From Alphaproteobacteria bacterium (GTDB lineage: Bacteria; Pseudomonadota; Alphaproteobacteria; Rickettsiales; UBA8987): a stretch of DNA of 64,000 nt. The DNA is taken from the NCBI GenBank assembly GCA_031426355.1, contig JANPLD010000068.1:3056-67055 (forward strand), written 5' to 3'. The notes below the pieces were generated by a model. That model was given only the letters and a program-made list of their open reading frames with translations. It had not been told where the DNA came from and made no database searches. A program made the position numbers and the translations under genes. This document shows, piece after piece, positions 61,667 to 64,000 of the stretch. Positions within the stretch are counted from its first letter, which is position 1. Each line of letters starts with the position of its first letter.

Positions 61667-62095
61667 TTACTTCGTTTCAGTTTTAGTTTCAGCCTTAACT
61701 TCTACTTTATCAGTAGGAAGTTTGTTTTCTTTCCACTCATCAATTCCACCAGGGAATTTGTAGAGGTTCTTAAAGCCAAGCTCGGCTGCTTTATGAGCCG
61801 CTTGTTTGCTAGCCGGGCAATCAGTATTTGTGCAATAAAATACTATAGGATCATTTTCCTTAGCAACTGAAGTAAGATATTCTTTAGTGATCTCAGAAGT
61901 TGGTTTAACAACTGCGCCTTTGATTATAGTGCCGTCACCAAGATACTCATTGCTTCTTGCATCAATCACTAAAAGTTTAGGATTTTCAGCCTGCATTTTT
62001 TGTAATTCTTTAGCAGTGATCTCTTTGTAAGCGCCTTCTGCCATAGAAACAGCAGGTAATATCAATATCGCAAGTAATGTTAAAAGTTTTTTCAT
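61667..62095 (-). CDS. Periplasmic rhodanese-like protein
   Basis: Signal peptide, IDARS, VFYC...C, GGIDEW. Confidence 0.9.
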   Translation of the reverse strand: MKKLLTLLAILILPAVSMAEGAYKEITAKELQKMQAENPKLLVIDARSNEYLGDGTIIKGAVVKPTSEITKEYLTSVAKENDPIVFYCTNTDCPASKQAAHKAAELGFKNLYKFPGGIDEWKENKLPTDKVEVKAETKTETK

Positions 62096-62142
62096 AGATC
62101 CCTTTTGGTTTTGGTTAGGTTAAAACAGATAATCCTAAAAAT

Positions 62143-62913
62143 TTAATTAGCAATCTTACTTTCAATTTTTTTAATTAATTTTTCTATTTCCGAATTTGGG
62201 GTAACGGAAACAAAATCCTTCTCGAAATTTTTTATCTCGCCAGCAAATTCAGTATAAGTTTTATTATTAAGTATATTTCCCGCTTGCTCATATAAAGCAG
62301 AGATAGAATTATAATCGCGTTTTACGAATAATAAGGATAGATCAAGGAATTTTCTCTTAAGGATATATTTAGGATCAGATCTCACATCTTCAGTTTTCCT
62401 CACCTGTACAAATCTGGAAAGTACTTTTCTACTTTTTTCTTTAAGCGTTTCTTCCTGTACTTCATCACTTTCGGATAAAATATTCTTTTTACCAAGCTCA
62501 GCCGAAAGCTGCGCAACTATTTCTTTGCGATAGTTAAATGCTTTTACCCTTAAGGAGTTTAATCTATCATTCTTTTCATTAAGCTTTTTCTGAATGCTTT
62601 TCAGGTTACGTATAACATTTTCGGCAAGCTGAGAATTATTATGGGCGATCATTTCCTGATTCTGCTGCAATACCTCTTCTACGGTCTTCTCACCTGATGA
62701 GGTTTTTTCCGGTAGAGATGAGATTATATTGTTCTGCGCAGAATCAAGCTCTTCAACCAATATCTTTCTGGTAACAGAATACTTATTGCTATGGACATAA
62801 TAAATTATAAGCAAAAGTGAAGCAGCCACAAAAGCTTTATACGCTACAGAAAGATAACATTTATATCTTTTGCAATTTGGTGTTTGAATTTCATTCATGG
62901 GAATCTCATTCAT
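62143..62913 (-). CDS. Single-TM coiled-coil protein, probable divergent Mic60/mitofilin homolog
   Basis: ATGA overlap with hemD; N-terminal TM, coiled coil, C-terminal LSRFVQVRK segment. Confidence 0.55.
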   Translation of the reverse strand: MNEIPMNEIQTPNCKRYKCYLSVAYKAFVAASLLLIIYYVHSNKYSVTRKILVEELDSAQNNIISSLPEKTSSGEKTVEEVLQQNQEMIAHNNSQLAENVIRNLKSIQKKLNEKNDRLNSLRVKAFNYRKEIVAQLSAELGKKNILSESDEVQEETLKEKSRKVLSRFVQVRKTEDVRSDPKYILKRKFLDLSLLFVKRDYNSISALYEQAGNILNNKTYTEFAGEIKNFEKDFVSVTPNSEIEKLIKKIESKIAN

Positions 62914-63623
62914 AGACTTTCAATTAATTTAAGTAAGCTATCGCTATTTGGATATTTCGGAAAAATGACCTTGTTAAAATCAAACCCTTCCAGAACTCCT
63001 GCGATCTTTCCGCTTAAGCATACAGCGTTAATTCGGGAAAATCCATATGGTAGATTTAATACATTTATCTGTTCGAGGAATATCCTGGCAGTACGCTCTG
63101 AAAAGAAAATCACATTTATCTCGTTACGGAATAATTTTACTGCTTCATCGGTAAGCTCTAGCCTATGCGCTTTGTATAAAATCTCACGGATATAATTATA
63201 TCCCTCCCTTTCCATTAATAGCCCCAACCTGCCTTTAGTTATCTCAGCAGAGATATGATAAAAATTCTCTTTTGCAGGGAAATTTTCTTTTATGAAATTG
63301 AATAGGGCAGTCTCACCGCTTTCTTTTGATTTATCATGAGTTGCTGAAAGTATTTTTTTGAATCCAAGTTTTTCTGCCTCCTTAGCTGAAGTTTTCCCAA
63401 CAGTGATTATATTATAATCTTTTTCATTCGTATTTTTTGCAAGTGCTTTAATGCCGTTTGCAGAGGTAATAAGAATGTTGGAATTAGCAGGGATATTTAT
63501 TTTCCTGTCATAGATTTCAATTTCTAAAAGCGGTGAGATCACACATTCATGCTTGGATGAACTTTCTATTTTGTGTTTTAGGGAAACAGAATTCTCATAA
63601 GGTCTTGTAAGTAATATTTTCAT
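62910..63623 (-). CDS. hemD: Uroporphyrinogen-III synthase
   Basis: ILLTRP, TSANG, VGKTS, FFSERTA, CLS. Confidence 0.9.
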   Translation of the reverse strand: MKILLTRPYENSVSLKHKIESSSKHECVISPLLEIEIYDRKINIPANSNILITSANGIKALAKNTNEKDYNIITVGKTSAKEAEKLGFKKILSATHDKSKESGETALFNFIKENFPAKENFYHISAEITKGRLGLLMEREGYNYIREILYKAHRLELTDEAVKLFRNEINVIFFSERTARIFLEQINVLNLPYGFSRINAVCLSGKIAGVLEGFDFNKVIFPKYPNSDSLLKLIESL

Positions 63624-64000
63624 ATAAAGAATATTTCCCCGCTTGATATTTTTTTGATTTCATTTCCAGTTTTAAATAGCATTTCTCCATTCTCATTAAT
63701 TCCTATTATCTCACCTTTAGTTTTTATATCGCCTAATAGAATCTCAGCATTTCCGGTAACAAGCAGAGTTTTAATATCATTTATTATATTAGCTAAACCT
63801 GATTTTTTATATTCTTTAATTATTTTAGAAAGATTTGCCGTGAGCATTCTTAGTGCCTCTTCAATTTGAAAATCTATTTTTAAATTTTTAAAACTGGTAG
63901 TTTTCCTTTCAATTAAATGGTCTGGGCTTGAATCTATATTAATACCAATACCGCAGATTAAAAAATTATTATGCTTCTCTAAAAGTATCCCGGCTATCTT
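63620..64000 (-). CDS. birA: Biotin-protein ligase, 3' part (truncated by window edge)
   Basis: Frame is open from the window end: KIAGILLE...GIGINI; C-terminal GINENGEM...SSGEI. Confidence 0.9.
   Translation of the reverse strand, partial: KIAGILLEKHNNFLICGIGINIDSSPDHLIERKTTSFKNLKIDFQIEEALRMLTANLSKIIKEYKKSGLANIINDIKTLLVTGNAEILLGDIKTKGEIIGINENGEMLFKTGNEIKKISSGEIFFI

Overview
A gene-dense, AT-rich alphaproteobacterial chromosome segment. It looks like a metabolically rich, probably early-branching Rickettsiales relative: it has an rvh-type T4SS block (virB3-virB4-3x virB6) together with His, aromatic, peptidoglycan, MEP and nucleotide biosynthesis genes, and a canonical G-1/C73 tRNA-His. Most genes are housekeeping, in fragmented operons. 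The main unexplained structure is a set of five solitary orphan ORFs without signal peptides, wedged between housekeeping genes. They include an M91-like protease, an M48-like protease and an APH/ThrB-like kinase. Four of them share one promoter architecture with the virB3 operon: TTAA-N7-TTAA (CtrA-type box), then 10-11 bp, then a TAnnnT -10 hexamer. The fifth has a degenerate version. This suggests a co-regulated T4SS plus a dispersed effector cohort (inference). Also present are a family of intergenic 7/8-mer tandem-plus-inverted repeat hairpins, including a perfect G4 motif abutting pyrG, a probable divergent alphaMic60 after hemD, and NrdR boxes before nrdA. I saw no CRISPR array, prophage, transposase or rRNA. 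All family calls come from motif recognition, not database searches.
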